64,000 bases of DNA from Eledone cirrhosa. Lineage: Eukaryota. The stretch covers positions 332,816,001-332,880,000 of the forward strand of contig OZ024740.1 of assembly GCA_964016885.1 (NCBI GenBank). Direction: 5' to 3'. The position numbers were made by a program, and so were the translations under genes. Under the pieces are notes generated by a model. The model was not told the origin of the DNA. It worked only from the letters and a program-made list of their open reading frames with translations, and did no database searches. Positions 15,473-30,153 of this stretch are shown here, piece by piece. Numbering within the stretch: the first letter of the stretch is position 1; every line of letters begins with the position of its first letter.

Positions 15473-16645
15473 TATACACTTTTTATACGTTTTATTTAAT
15501 ATCATTTATTTAATTTTCATAAGGGTGATGATAATAAGAGTAATGATGATGTCGAGAAGGATGTAATGAAGATGCTGATGATGATGAAGATGATGATGAA
15601 GAATATGATTATGATAGGGATGATGATTGTGCGGATGATATATATATATATATATATACATGATGGTGAAAGCATAGATAGTGTTGGTAAAGGTGATTTT
15701 TGAATGAGAGTGATTTCAGCTTTTGTAGTGAAGATGACCAAGTGTTGATTTAACCTTATTTAAGTGTTTTGCAATTGAAATTTTTTTTTTTTATAGATAT
15801 AGTGCCTCTATTTATCTCGTTTGGTGTTAGTTATGATGGTGGTAATTATGGTGATGTATTTTGGTGCCACTGTCTGTAAAATTGTAAATTGTGAATGTGG
15901 TTTTATTAGAATTTAGGATTTCATGATACTGGCTATGATATTTTGTTAGTGAGGGCTATGGATGTATGGATGTAATTTGTTGTGGTACTCATAGATGTGG
16001 TGCTTGTAGTTTTTATGATTGTTCTGTAATACTGTCAAACATTTTGTTGGACGTGTTTTTGGTATTCTATTTGCTTGATAGAAGATAAAGTACGGTTGAT
16101 AGTGATTGATTGTAAGGAGTGATGTCGAGATTTTATTTTAACATGTCTATGGTATGTTTGTTGGTCGTGCTGTTAGGGATCGTACGTGGGTGTATTGCAA
16201 ACACTTGTTTTTACACTGTTTTTGTTGATTGTGTAAATTATAAGAATCGTACAAGCAACAATGATTATCATATTGCTCTGTCAATTATTACTATTTATCG
16301 TGTTTATGTTGTTTTTGCTTCCTATATAGTGACTAAAAGTTTAATAGAAGCCTATGCAATTGTTGGTGACGTTAGTGGTCTCTGCGATTGTTTTCTCATT
16401 AACAATTGTAACTATGTAGGTTTTCTAAGCTGTTATTACTGACCATCTTGTTATTGCTGTATTTATTCTCCCCGCTGCTGCTGCTACGAATGCTGCTGCC
16501 GCCTCTGCTGCAGCTTCCGCTATTGCTTCCACTGCTGCTGTTTCTATATCAGCACATCATTATTTAGAGATGTTACTATTACTAGCGTGTTTTTTTTTTT
16601 TTTGTCGTTAATGTTGTTATTGTTATGGTGGTGTTTTCTACTCAC

Positions 16646-16778
16646 CTATAGGTATTCTGTTGTTTGAGGCAACGTTGTCTGTCTCGTTGGCCGTGTAGCA
16701 TGTAAAAGCTGAAGCTATGACAGTGACAACGATAAATACAGCGGCAATTCCATTTGTCATATAGCGAAACATCACCAT
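16646..16778 (-). CDS. Candidate first coding exon of a secreted or membrane protein, resembling ionotropic glutamate receptor (AMPA/kainate-type) exon 1
   Basis: acaATGG start with an upstream in-frame TAG; MVMFRYMTNGIAAVFIVVTVIASAFTCYTANETDNVASNNRIPI-G (hydrophobic signal peptide, NET sequon); phase-1 donor AG|GTGAGT at 16645. Confidence 0.55.
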
Positions 16779-17205
16779 TGTCTCCGACTTCTCATCAGTC
16801 CACACCTATTTCTTAGGAAGGCATGCTTTCTTCTTGTAGGGATTCACCACTGTGTATCTGTGTACTCTTATGTATATATTTGTGTGTAACAGTGTGCGTA
16901 TCAATGTGGTATATATCCCTTTATGTGTAGGGGTATATTTGTATATAATTGTGTATATGGATATTCATGAATGTAATCATCTATATCTATGTGTGTTTTA
17001 TTTATTCGTGCAAATCTGTGCTTTTCCTATGTGTTAGTATTGCTATATTTCTACTTATTGCTAATACTGTCATAATATTATATATTCATATATATATAAA
17101 TATAAACATATATAAGTATATACTTATGTATACACATATGTATATATATATACACATATATTTATATAAATATATATATGCCAACATAAATAAATACTTA
17201 TTTCT

Positions 17206-17252
<47 letters not shown>

Positions 17253-17776
17253 AGTATATGGGTACTAATAGGTGTTAGATTTTATAGTTATTACTGACGT
17301 GCTAATGTAACTTTTTTGAATACCAAAGATGTTACATATGAAATGTCTACTGGTAGCAAAATATAGAGTGGGAAATAAAGCAAATTTTCACACACACCAC
17401 ACAAAAAACAATAGATCCAGGTTTATCATACAAAAGTTTTATAGATCAATATTAATAATATAAATACTTAAAACTTAACGATATGTTTACTAATCCAGAC
17501 CATTTGAATATGTTGTGGATTGTAATTATTGCTGTTAAATTGAAATTAGGTACACTCGATTAAATCATTGAATAATAATTTCATTAATGATTCTATGAAA
17601 TGTTAAAAACAAGTAATTTATTTCTCAGCTTATTAAGTATATATTTTTGTTCATTAGTTAATTTGCTTAATTTTAGTGATGAAACGAAAGAAACAAGTAT
17701 ATCTATATCGTCATTGTCGTATATAGATTACGTATTCGTAACATATAAATATATATATATATGCATGTGTATATAC

Positions 17777-17940
<164 letters not shown>

Positions 17941-17943
17941 GTA

Positions 17944-17981
<38 letters not shown>

Positions 17982-18356
17982 TATGATATAATATAAAATC
18001 AACTCATGTTTAATGTAATAGAACTCTCCCTCTCTCTCATGCCTTCACAATCTTTTTCAACAATGGAATTTAGTATAATTATAAACGGATAGTTTATACT
18101 TTACTATCACCACTATATTGATTTAGCTAATTTATTTTAATTTATTTTAACCATCAGTTATTAATTGAAATACATTTCAGTAAATAACACTCAATAAGAA
18201 TAGTATATAATATGAAACTTAAAACGTACGTTCAATATTTTAAATTATAATAATTGTATGCAGAAAGTTTATCTGGAATTGTTTCCAATGCTTGTAGCAA
18301 CTAAGATATTGGATATCTATTTAGTGTATTATTATATCTTTTATATATATATATAT

Positions 18357-18424
<68 letters not shown>

Positions 18425-18466
18425 CTACGTATGTATAGATTTAGTCATTAAATCAATGTATTTATA

Positions 18467-18509
<43 letters not shown>

Positions 18510-19175
18510 CGTGTGTGGTAAACTAAATTATATTTATTTTATTGAAACTTTCGAATTCGCAGATGTCGTTACTGCTGCTGTTGTCGCTGTTGCTGCTGTC
18601 GCTGCTTTTGCTACTGTCGTAGTTGTTGGTGTTGTCGCGGCTGTTGTTATTATGCCAACAATAATTAGTACTCCAGCACGAAATTTTTGTGTGACATTTA
18701 CTTGATGATCGTAATGTTTATGTGTTTAAAGCTGTTGCAATTTGCGGTGATAATGCTATGGGTGTGGGCGTTTAAGTTTAATGGTATGTTTAATTCAATA
18801 ATGGACAGGTGTGATGGATATTTAAGAAAATGAAATCTCTCTTTCTTAACGTCTGTCTGTCTGTTTGTATGTCTGTCTCTATGTAACTTATTACTGGACG
18901 TCAAAATGTTGAAGGCATCTATACAGACAAAAGCATATTTATCACTCTTTCTCCATCGAAAATAGCCTCACAGCAACTACAACAACAATACCACAACAGT
19001 GTCACAGAAATAAAATAATATACAAACAGTAACAGAAGTGGTGATAATAGCAACAACAACAACAGCAGCAGTATTGGTAAATGACAAAATCTGACGACAG
19101 TTAATCGCAGCTAGTTTCGTTAATGCACTTGCTGCAACTGCTATTGAAAGGAACTAAACCAGTAATACGTGAACA

Positions 19176-19247
<72 letters not shown>

Positions 19248-20319
19248 TATGTATACAATTACGGTATGTATATAAGGCTAATGATATCAAGCTACAGCTG
19301 CTGAGTTGCTGTTGTTGATGCTACCGTTGTTACTGTCACTGCTAATAGTGCTGTCGGTGTTATTCGTGTTTGTTGTGCTGCTGTTGTCGCTGTCAGTTGA
19401 AGCCTAACACAGTAGTTATGGCTAATGAATGATCTTCCTTTCTTCCCTTATATCCCTCCTTCCTCTCTTTATATATATATTGTTGCTAATTTTGTAACTT
19501 TTTTACCCTCCTCTTCCAAAGATCTATATTTTCTACTCTATAAGATTTTTTTTATTTGTCTTCGTGTTGTTATTTTCAACGAATCAATATCAATGAACAT
19601 GTTCGACAAGACTTTCCTTTTTAGCTGATAGATAAATAACTGTCGTGTGACATATTTGAATGTCAAACAACTTCGAAAAAAAAAAGAGAGGAAGAAAGTG
19701 AAGGCAATAGTAGGAAATAAGTTAATTCAGGTGCGAGAACTTCACCGCTGATGATTGATGTTTCTCATGCACGAAAAGGGTGGTGGTGGGGGATGGCAGC
19801 AATTCGCAGTAGTGGCAACAACAATAGCAGCAACAACAACAACGTTAATCGCACCAGCAAACCGACACCAGCAGCAACGACAACAAAAACAACAAATGGT
19901 TTTAAGAATTGTTAATAATCTATAAATCCCATTCAGGATTAATTTCTTATACTTCCGTTTATATCATTGTTATAAAGGAGTTATTATTACCTTTTGTTAC
20001 ACAACTACGCAAGCCCAAACTATATATATATCTATATATGTATATAATTTTTAACCTTGGAGTCGTTTTTTTAGTTTAATATTCTCATTGCCTATAGAAA
20101 AATCTGCTCCATTTTTGTTTTAAAGATTAGTTCCTTAATCAGCTGACCCTACATGGCTTTCCTTAACCTTTAAATGTTGCTGACATTTGTGTAAAAATTT
20201 TGAGATGTCTTTTACCAGAAATATTGCAGAAGCTACTATGGCTGTGCAGTTTAAACCTATACTGCCACACGCAACACTCAGTTGACTACTACAGCAGGCA
20301 CGTGTGCAGGCACATACTC

Positions 20320-20390
<71 letters not shown>

Positions 20391-21216
20391 TGTGTGTGAG
20401 TGTACTATGATAGTGTAGCAGATGGAACTAAAACATTGGGTTACATATAATAATGAAAAACATATAAGTGTAGTAGTAGTTTATGTTTGTATAATTACTT
20501 TTGCTTATTTGTATTTTTATGATTTAATCTACGTTCAGAAAGTCGATGATTCTTAAAATAATTTATGAACTTAAAATCTCTAACATAAAGCTGATTTACA
20601 GAACAAAAGTGAAATGCTCGAAAATAAAATACTTTAATAACGTGGATAGGAATGTCGTCTAAACTAAAATAGGAAAGACTCTACTCGCTATCACTACCAT
20701 GATTAGATAGTTAGGTGATACATTGAGCGATATATTTATGCGGTCAGAATCAGAGTATTAAAACATTACGAAACAGATAAAAATATATAACTTATATCAA
20801 TGATGAAGTTAGTTGAACAAGGAAGAAAACAAGAAAGAAATTATGTATGGAGAAGGTGAAAGAGTATTAACTAAGCATGCAAGGAGATTGTCAGCCGAAC
20901 AACCTGTTGTCACACTACAAACTTGCGCATGCCTGCAAGCATAGTTGTGTGCTTAAGAACGTGTTGTCTCATCTAGTAACGTGCTCTGCTCTTCCATTTA
21001 TGACATTACATAGAGCACTGTGGTAAAATCTATCGTATGATTGTGTATGGATAATGACATTAAATGTGGAGGTTTCTCGTGTGAAATAAACGCTTATACG
21101 GAGACAGTTGGTTTGGTTTCTATAAAGATATAGATTAAAAGAAGAAATATTGACACGTGCACGAGGAGAAAGTAATGCAAAGAGATAGACAGACAGATAG
21201 ATAGATAGATAGATAG

Positions 21217-21252
<36 letters not shown>

Positions 21253-23931
21253 ACTTAATTTGAATAAAGTTGACAACCTGTTCTATGTATATTGTTCTTA
21301 AAATATATATTGTGTATTAAAAGTGATGGTAATAATGATAATTATAACAATATTAATAATAATAACAATAATAATTCTTGTTAAGGGCTAAAAAGAAAAT
21401 GAGATGGATATTTGAATGGTTAGAAAAGAATGTGCAATTTCATGTATCTTGATTTGTGTTAGGTACCTATATTTCTATAGATGTGAGTGCACATGGATGT
21501 ATGTTTGAGAGGATTAAGGGTGAAGGAAATACAACAACAACAATGATAACGTTAATAATAATAGTAATAATAATAAGGATAATAATAATGATGATAATAA
21601 TGGTAATAATAATGATATTATGGAAGCAACAGCAGTAAAATCTGATCAAGGAAGATAAGTGAGATTTTGTATCCTATTTATCCTAAATTATTTATGAGAG
21701 GAATGAAAAGAACGAGTATGAGAAATATGAAGAAGAAAATAATGCAAATAAACCGGCATTTTACTCTATTAGAATATATTTAAATTAATGGCAATAATGA
21801 TGATATCTGCTCAAGTTAGAAATGCGTGAGAGTGATTTAAAATGAGGAAGTGTGTCGAGGATTGTGTTAATGGCTAAAGAGGAGTGGGATTGGAGTTGGA
21901 ATGATAAAAGATTTTATAATTTAGTATATATGTAGATTTGTTTAAGTGTTACATTTATATGATGTGCATGCACATGGGCTTACGAAGACGTGTTTGAATG
22001 GAAGGGGAGAGGGTGAGCGATTAAGAAAAAAGAGAGTAATTAGGAGAGAGAGGGAGAGAGAGTAATATAAATAATTTTTATCCAGAATAATTTACCATAA
22101 AAATATATTAGATATTTCTATATTTATATTATTGGAAATGCCCTTAGAATTACTTCAAACCTTTCTTATTAATTAGCAGATATACTTTCACATTCCTTTG
22201 TTTTTGTTTTGATTTTATCTATTTTTTCAATTATATTTTGAATGCATGTTTGGGTAATGGTGTTGGTGTGTGCGCGCGTATGTATATGTTGAATAGGTGT
22301 TATGGCTATATCACCGCTGTTATTATTACAATAATACTTGTTGTATAGGTTGTGATGATAGTGTTTTGAGTGTGATATTTTGTTAGTATTTTTTTATGTT
22401 TTCTTTCTTTCTTTTTTTGACAGACCACTGTTATATTTGTAGTTTTTGGTGTGACAAGTTTCGCTTGAATGCATCTGTATGCATGCGTCGTCTGGTTGTG
22501 GAAATAAGGTTTACATCCTCGAAATTATTCCGAATATATATCCAATAATTTTGCAGTCGCAATGATATTATAAGAATTTTTCGGCTCCACACCGTGTCGG
22601 AGGTGGTGCTGTTGGGTAAACTCTCGGTTGCCGTGTTGTATAACGGCTGAAAAACGCCAGCGTGGTGATTCTACCATTTAGTAAGTAGATACCGCTCGTA
22701 ACGACCACAGACATGTGTAGTTGGTTTACAACGACAGTTGCTTTACAAAAGGAAGAGAGTGAAAGAGAGAGAGCGAGGAAAACGACTGGAGTGAAAGGAG
22801 AGGGGAACTGGCAGATGCAAAGTGAGGGGGATAGAAGTAAAAGAAGAACAGTTAAAGTTGGAGAAGGAAAGAGAGAAAGAAGATATAGGAGAGTGTGAAG
22901 AGATAGTCTTGAAAGTAAAGAGAAAATTTGGTGAGTAGGAAGCGACGAGAAGACAGAACTAAGCGATGTGCATGAGCGTATTCTCATGTATTCAGCAGCA
23001 ATGCGTGCGTGTGTATCGATGTATGCGTGCGTGAGAGGAGGAAAGAGTAAGAGAACATAATGTAGAAGCAGAATTCGACAAGGAAAGACAGAGTGCAGTT
23101 GAGGGAAGATTTATCAATAAATGAAACCAACTATGTTCTTGTGTTTGCGGATGCATGGGTGTATTTATGTGCATACCTACGTGTGCTTGTGTATGTGTGT
23201 GCGGAGATAATGTCGGCAGATATATACTGACTGCACTAGCGGCAGGCAGGAATAGGAGAATAGCTAGAGTTATAAAGGAAGAGAGTGGTGGGCGAAAAAT
23301 GTAGGAAATGAAGAAATAGTAATAGGATAAGCGGGAGGAGAAGGGGACAGATGAGATGGAAAAAACTGGGGATCAAGCAGGAGTTGGAGAAGGAGATAGA
23401 GAGAAGTTATTATCAAATGAGAAGCTGGAATACGAGTTGTACGCTGCAAACGAATGCACGCATGCGCCACGTTTGCTGACCGTTTTAGGTTTGAAGTCAG
23501 CGCATCGCTTTTACAAATCTAAGGAAACGAAGATATCTATAGATCTCTGAGAAGAAGCAACAACAATAAGAACAAAAACAAGTTAAATGGCTGAACATAA
23601 GATTGGGAGAAAGGGAAATGCGAGAGAGAGAGTTTGAAAGAGGGAAGAGTTGCAAAGTACGAAGAAAAATTTTATTTGGAAAAAATGAGTGATTTAAAAT
23701 TTAGTCGAAGACAGATATGGAAGATGTTGTTAAAGTGAGGATGACGACACAATTTCGGCCATATTTTAATTAGTGGCATCATAACTTGAAGAGACCATCA
23801 CTCGTTATACAGACATGTGACTATATTCTTATTGACTAAATAATACTATCACTTCTATTTTATTTTTACAATTATTTTCGCTTTTTCGCAATTTATCTAA
23901 AAATAATTCAATCTTTGTATTTATGTATGTA

Positions 23932-24040
<109 letters not shown>

Positions 24041-24497
24041 CTCTCTCTCTCTCTCTCATTATATCTCACTTTCGCAACTATTCTCTATATATATATGCAC
24101 ACATACACACGTACGCACACTCAAACAGGCATGTACACATATATCATAGATTACATACACACAGACACACACACACACGCACACACACGCACACACACAT
24201 ATATATATATATATCTATACATTTCGATTTATCTAATAAATTTTCAATATGGATCTAATGAATGAATTGTTTATTTGCAAGTTCGTCTGTGTGTAGTGTT
24301 TCCGTTATATAACTTATACACAATCCTATGTATATTATTGAATAGTATTGTCGGTGTAATATTGTTGAATGAGAACAAGAGGGTAAAACACTGATTGATC
24401 AGTACACACACACGCACGTGTGTGTGTGTACATAGTCACCTATAGTCTGTATATATTAAACAAACAATTATATATGTATTTTAGGTTTTGAGTATAT

Positions 24498-24532
<35 letters not shown>

Positions 24533-24546
24533 GACGCACCCACACG

Positions 24547-24587
<41 letters not shown>

Positions 24588-25426
24588 GTAGAAATGCGTC
24601 TTTGTGAATGAGTAAGAGTGAGTATATGTGCATGTCTGTAAGTAAGTTTGAGTGCCTGGTACATGCGTTAATTAATTAAATATGTCGATGATACACAGAA
24701 ATAACACTACACTATATTACATCCAAAGGCATTTTAGTAATCTGGCAGTACAGCAATAGTATCAGCAGAAGAACAAAATGTGTATTTAGTTACTTCCCTT
24801 TGCTTTCTATGTTCAAAACTCAATGGTTTAGAATTCGAAAACTGTAGTTCTATCATTCGACATTGTCTATAGTGAAAAACATTTTAGTTACGCACAGAAT
24901 AAATTCCCACAAAACATAACAACTTCTTCTTTTGATTTATTTTTATCATACTCTTGCTCAGGGTTAAACTAGAGAATGCCCTCCCAGAGAAATATATACA
25001 ATGATATATGCATACACGTACACCAATTCACACACATCTATACACACGTACAAACACACATGTTTGTATAAATAAATAAATAAATACATTTCTTCTTTTC
25101 TGTGCCTCCTTCCTTTCGGGTGGCTGGTATTCTTGCTCGTGAAATAAATATGTGACCGACAGACACGCGCAACATTATCGGAGTACCCGAGATTATGGGT
25201 GAGACAATGTGAAATCTTTCTCTTTTCATTGAAGGCATACCATCATATTTGCCCGTTCAGTGAAATTGGAGGAAACAAACAAGTTATCCTCCTCAAATGC
25301 AATATGCGCCAAGCATTGAAACATATACGATTGTTGGGAACAAGACACTCATACATATAGACAGACACACTCGGACATACACAAATAGACATATAAACAT
25401 ATATTATTACAGATACATATATATAT

Positions 25427-25457
<31 letters not shown>

Positions 25458-25504
25458 GTATACTTATACCTATCTATCTATCTATTTATTTATCTATCCA
25501 TCAA

Positions 25505-25545
<41 letters not shown>

Positions 25546-25672
25546 TACACCTATCATATATATGTATATGTATATAAATATATACAACTATCATAGATAT
25601 ATAAATACATGTATAACTGTAAATATGTAAATATATATATGTATATGTATAACTGTAAATATATAAATATAA

Positions 25673-25719
<47 letters not shown>

Positions 25720-25724
<5 letters not shown>

Positions 25725-26379
25725 ATAATAATAAATGTGAAGACTAAAATCCAAAGAGGGCTCGATAAGGATAAATATATATCAGATATATAAGAACCGT
25801 AGAGCAAATATTTATTAAAATAACAGATTAAAGTTTAAGCAAAGAATCGCTGCTTTCACCCTTAACGGGATCTTCTGAAATTTAAAAAAGTCAATCTGTG
25901 AACGAAGAAGTAAATATTTCAAAAGACGTTGCAACCGAAGGAATACAGGAAGACAATACTTTGGTTCGAAGAAACGTTCTCTGGCAAAGAACGGAAAAAA
26001 ACGAACATAATCCGTCATTATTTGGGGCGGTGAAAACAATTACACGCAAAGACAAAACCACGTATATGGTATAAATGAAGTCGTAGACTAATATTCTATT
26101 CAGGAAACCGAATGATTCTCGGCTTCAGAGTTAAGAATAAAGAAAATAAAATACAGAGGTAATTGAAATTAAATATATACATACACGCATCCATATACGT
26201 ACATACACAAGCATACTTGAAAATACTCGCCATGGGTATGCAAATACAAGCACGTACACAAAAAAAAGACAAAAAAAGCGCGCACGCACGTACAGAACCC
26301 ACGCAACGCCTGTACCCGCACACATACGAACGTATACACCAAATACACATAAAAATATATATAAAATCATATATACATA

Positions 26380-26427
<48 letters not shown>

Positions 26428-27705
26428 AGTGTATACATAATTAAATAAACGTATATAAAAATACGCACATAAATACGTATATAACGCGTGTACCCACACA
26501 CCTACATGTAAATACACATATGTTCGCGGTACGTCGACCAAAACACAAATACACATATATACACACCCTACATACGTACGGACCCGCATACTCACACAGG
26601 CGCAAAACCCTAGAATACACACAACCAAATGCACATGTAACAGTATATATATTATATACGCCAATAAAATATACAAGCAATTATACGTACGAGAAAGTAT
26701 ACGTATCTTCACAAAACATACAGGTAATATATACTTACCTATACGAATAAGTAATGGTATTAACATAACATATACTTAGCTACTACATCAAGACGTAAAA
26801 TATCCGCGTATAGTTCGTACTATCCGTTAGGGTATAATGTGGGGCTGTAATACAGGAAAGTTTTGTGAATTTATGTTTACAAGACGAAATTGCCTCAGAT
26901 ATTTTGTTTAAAATGTGGTCTTTGGCGTAGAGTATTTCCAGGGCCTCAGCGGCGCAGAGGTCACGAGCTATTTTATTTCCGTTATACGATCTAGCCCTAG
27001 CTAGGATCTAGCAGTGTAATTTATATAGTGTGTGGTTGTCTTTTAGACTCCAGATATAAGCTGAAAGTGACGTTATATTCCTTCATAAAGGGTTAAGAAA
27101 AGAATGGTTATGCATGTAAAGTCGCTGCTTGAATCTATTGGCGGTTAACCCTATGTAGGCGCTACGGGGTGGTTGTTTCAACCTTACATTTGTAGACAAT
27201 GTTACTAAAGAAGCATTTCCCGTATAGAAGGCAGTCAACCCGATTCCTACAATTACAGTTAGTACTAGTTACAGCCCCACATTATACCCTAACGGATAGT
27301 ACGAACTATACGCAGATATTTTGCGTCTTGATGTGGTAGCTAAGTATATGTTATGTTAATACCATTACTTATTCGTATAGGTAAGTATATATTACATGTA
27401 TGTTTTGTGAAGGTACGTATACATTCTCGTACGTATAATTACTTGTATATGTTATTGGCGTATATATTATATATACTGGTACATGTGCATTTGGTTATGT
27501 GTATGCGTGAGTTTTGCGCCTGGGTGAGTATGCGGGTTCGTACGTATGTAGGGTGTGTGTCTATGTGTACTTTTGTTTAAAATGTGGTCTTTGCCGTAGA
27601 GTATTTCCAGGGCCTCAGCGGTACGCGAACATATGTGTATTTACATGTAGGTGGAATATACGTATTTATGTGAGTATATTTATATACGTTTATTTAATTA
27701 TGATT

Positions 27706-27764
<59 letters not shown>

Positions 27765-27990
27765 ACATGTATATGTATATACGTTTTTATATATATTTTT
27801 ATGTGTATTTGGTGTATACGTTCGTACGTGTGCAGGTACAGGCGTTGCGTGGCTTCTGTATGTGCGTGCGGGATTTTTTTGTGTAGGTGCTTGTATTTGC
27901 ATACCCATGGCGACTGGTTTCGCGTATGCTTGTGTATGTAAGTATATGGATGCGTGTATGTATATATTTAATTTCAATTACCTCTGTATT
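25720..27990 (-). mobile_element. PLE family A: 3' end and GIY-YIG fragment on minus strand with inverted second arm
   Basis: Tail at 25720-25812; endonuclease remnant at 26851-27270; 27271-27990 is the reverse complement of ~26150-26850. Confidence 0.85.
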
Positions 27991-28440
27991 AATAATCTCT
28001 CTAATTGCAATTGCAATTGCCCTATTAAAAATAAATGTCCTCTCAACAACCATTGTCTTGATAAAAACTTAATTTACGAATGTAAAGTTATAACTGACTC
28101 CAATTCCTTCACCTATTTTGGCTCCACTTCCACCTCTTTTAAAGCTCGTCTTTATAACCATCATTCGTCTTTTAAATACAAACTTAAAAGAACCAACACG
28201 GCTCTCTCAGAACTCATATGGTCCTTGAAAGACAAAAACATTAAATATAGCATCTTTTGGAAGAAGGTTTCTTCTGCGTCTACATACTTGAACAGTTCTC
28301 TATCTAAAATCTGCAATCTCTGTCTAAATGAAAAATTTACCATTATCTCTAATCTAGATTCTATAATAAATAGACGCACTGACTTGTTTTCTATCTGCTT
28401 GCATAAATTCCATAAAACATTTCACAAAGTATACAGCTAA
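27991..28440 (+). pseudogene. GIY-YIG endonuclease domain of PLE family B (Hydra-clade-like), 5'-truncated, open frame
   Basis: CNCPIKNKCPLNNHC..LIYECKV..TYFGST..FKARLYNHHSSF..TALSELIW..CNLCLNEK..CLH. Confidence 0.85.
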
Positions 28441-29570
28441 TATTCAATTCTTTATCAATTTAGAATCTTTTTCTCAAAGGCACATATATATACACTTCTT
28501 TTAAAAATATACCCATCTTTCTACCTTATTTCAAAGGTTATTATACATTCTATAATACTTGTTTACTCATTACTCTTACTCTATATCACCTTGTAAAATC
28601 CTTTGTAAACATACACATTTTTTTTTTGACGCTAGATTATTCATCCTCAATTCATTATTCCTTCCTCCCTATCATCTAACTCATTATTCTCAATACATAT
28701 TAACATTTTCTTTTTCTTCGCACATATTATCAAATCCTTCAATATACAAACCTTAACTTTACATTATTTTTCTCAAACCCTTCAATATACAAACCTTAAC
28801 TTTACATTATTTTTCTCTTCGTTAATTTTCAAATTTCTATAATACTTGTTGACTCTTTCAACATCACCCATATTTATCACTTCCTTTTCTTCTCTTCTAA
28901 TATCTAACCCCTAATCTGTACCTTTTCGCACTCTTGCCTAACATAGAATCAATTATTACATAATACAACACATTCTTACTCTATATCACCTTATAAAAAT
29001 CCTTCGTAAACATATACATTTTTTTTGACGTTAGAATATTCATCCGCAATTCATTATCCTTTTCTCCCTATCATCTAACTCATTATTCTCAATACATATT
29101 AACTCCTTCTCTTTCTTCGCACATATTTTTCTCTTCGTTAATTTTCAAATTCTTTTAATTTATACATTATCTTCCAACGGTTTTCAACCTCTCTATGTAA
29201 AACAATATATCTTTCTCAGTTATAAAAACTATCTCTCTCTCTCTATCACCCATCTCTCCTCCTATCTCATCCTTCCTCACTATACTCCTCCCTCCCCACC
29301 TCCACTCTCGTCTCCTCCTCTTTTTTTCATCCTTTCCACCTCCCCCTCTAAATAAAATATTTTTCCCAATATCACACATCAATCTAAAACTACTTCTCGT
29401 ATGTTGATTTAAAACTGAACTATCCACAAGTGTTTTTTAGCCTTCATATCATGTCCTCCTGTTTTATCTGATGAAAACACAAATATTATTGCATGATGAT
29501 ATTTGTTTTTGAAATGCGCATAATAAAATACATGGAACTCCTTTAACCATCTTTTGTTCTTATATATTAT
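28441..29570 (+). mobile_element. PLE family B 3' UTR with internal duplications
   Basis: 28570-28740 repeated at ~28973-29130; ~43-bp tandem at 28735-28818; the end matches 40862-41032 in reverse. Confidence 0.75.
29462..29529 (+). ncRNA. Type I hammerhead ribozyme (family B)
   Basis: TTTTAT-CTGATGA(29468-29474)-stem II ACAAATATTAT/ATGATATTTGT-GAAA(29511-29514)-TGCGC-ATA-ATAAAA. Confidence 0.75.
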
Positions 29571-29581
29571 ATATATATATA

Positions 29582-29885
<304 letters not shown>

Positions 29886-29912
29886 ATATATATATGTGAA
29901 TATATATATAAA

Positions 29913-29971
<59 letters not shown>

Positions 29972-29995
29972 TGTGTGTGTGTGTGTGTGTGTGTG

Positions 29996-30075
<80 letters not shown>

Positions 30076-30076
30076 C

Positions 30077-30148
<72 letters not shown>

Positions 30149-30153
<5 letters not shown>

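Noticed and set aside
19748-19785. CTGATGA...GAAA as a hammerhead
   Set aside because: No stem III or NUH triplet can be formed.
22424-22680. Plus-strand exon between a polypyrimidine/AG acceptor and GTAAGT
   Set aside because: Stops in all three frames and no supporting evidence; it can only be a non-coding candidate.
27514-28440. 308-aa ORF as a single protein
   Set aside because: The N-terminal half is family A UTR microsatellite; only 27991-28440 is real endonuclease sequence.
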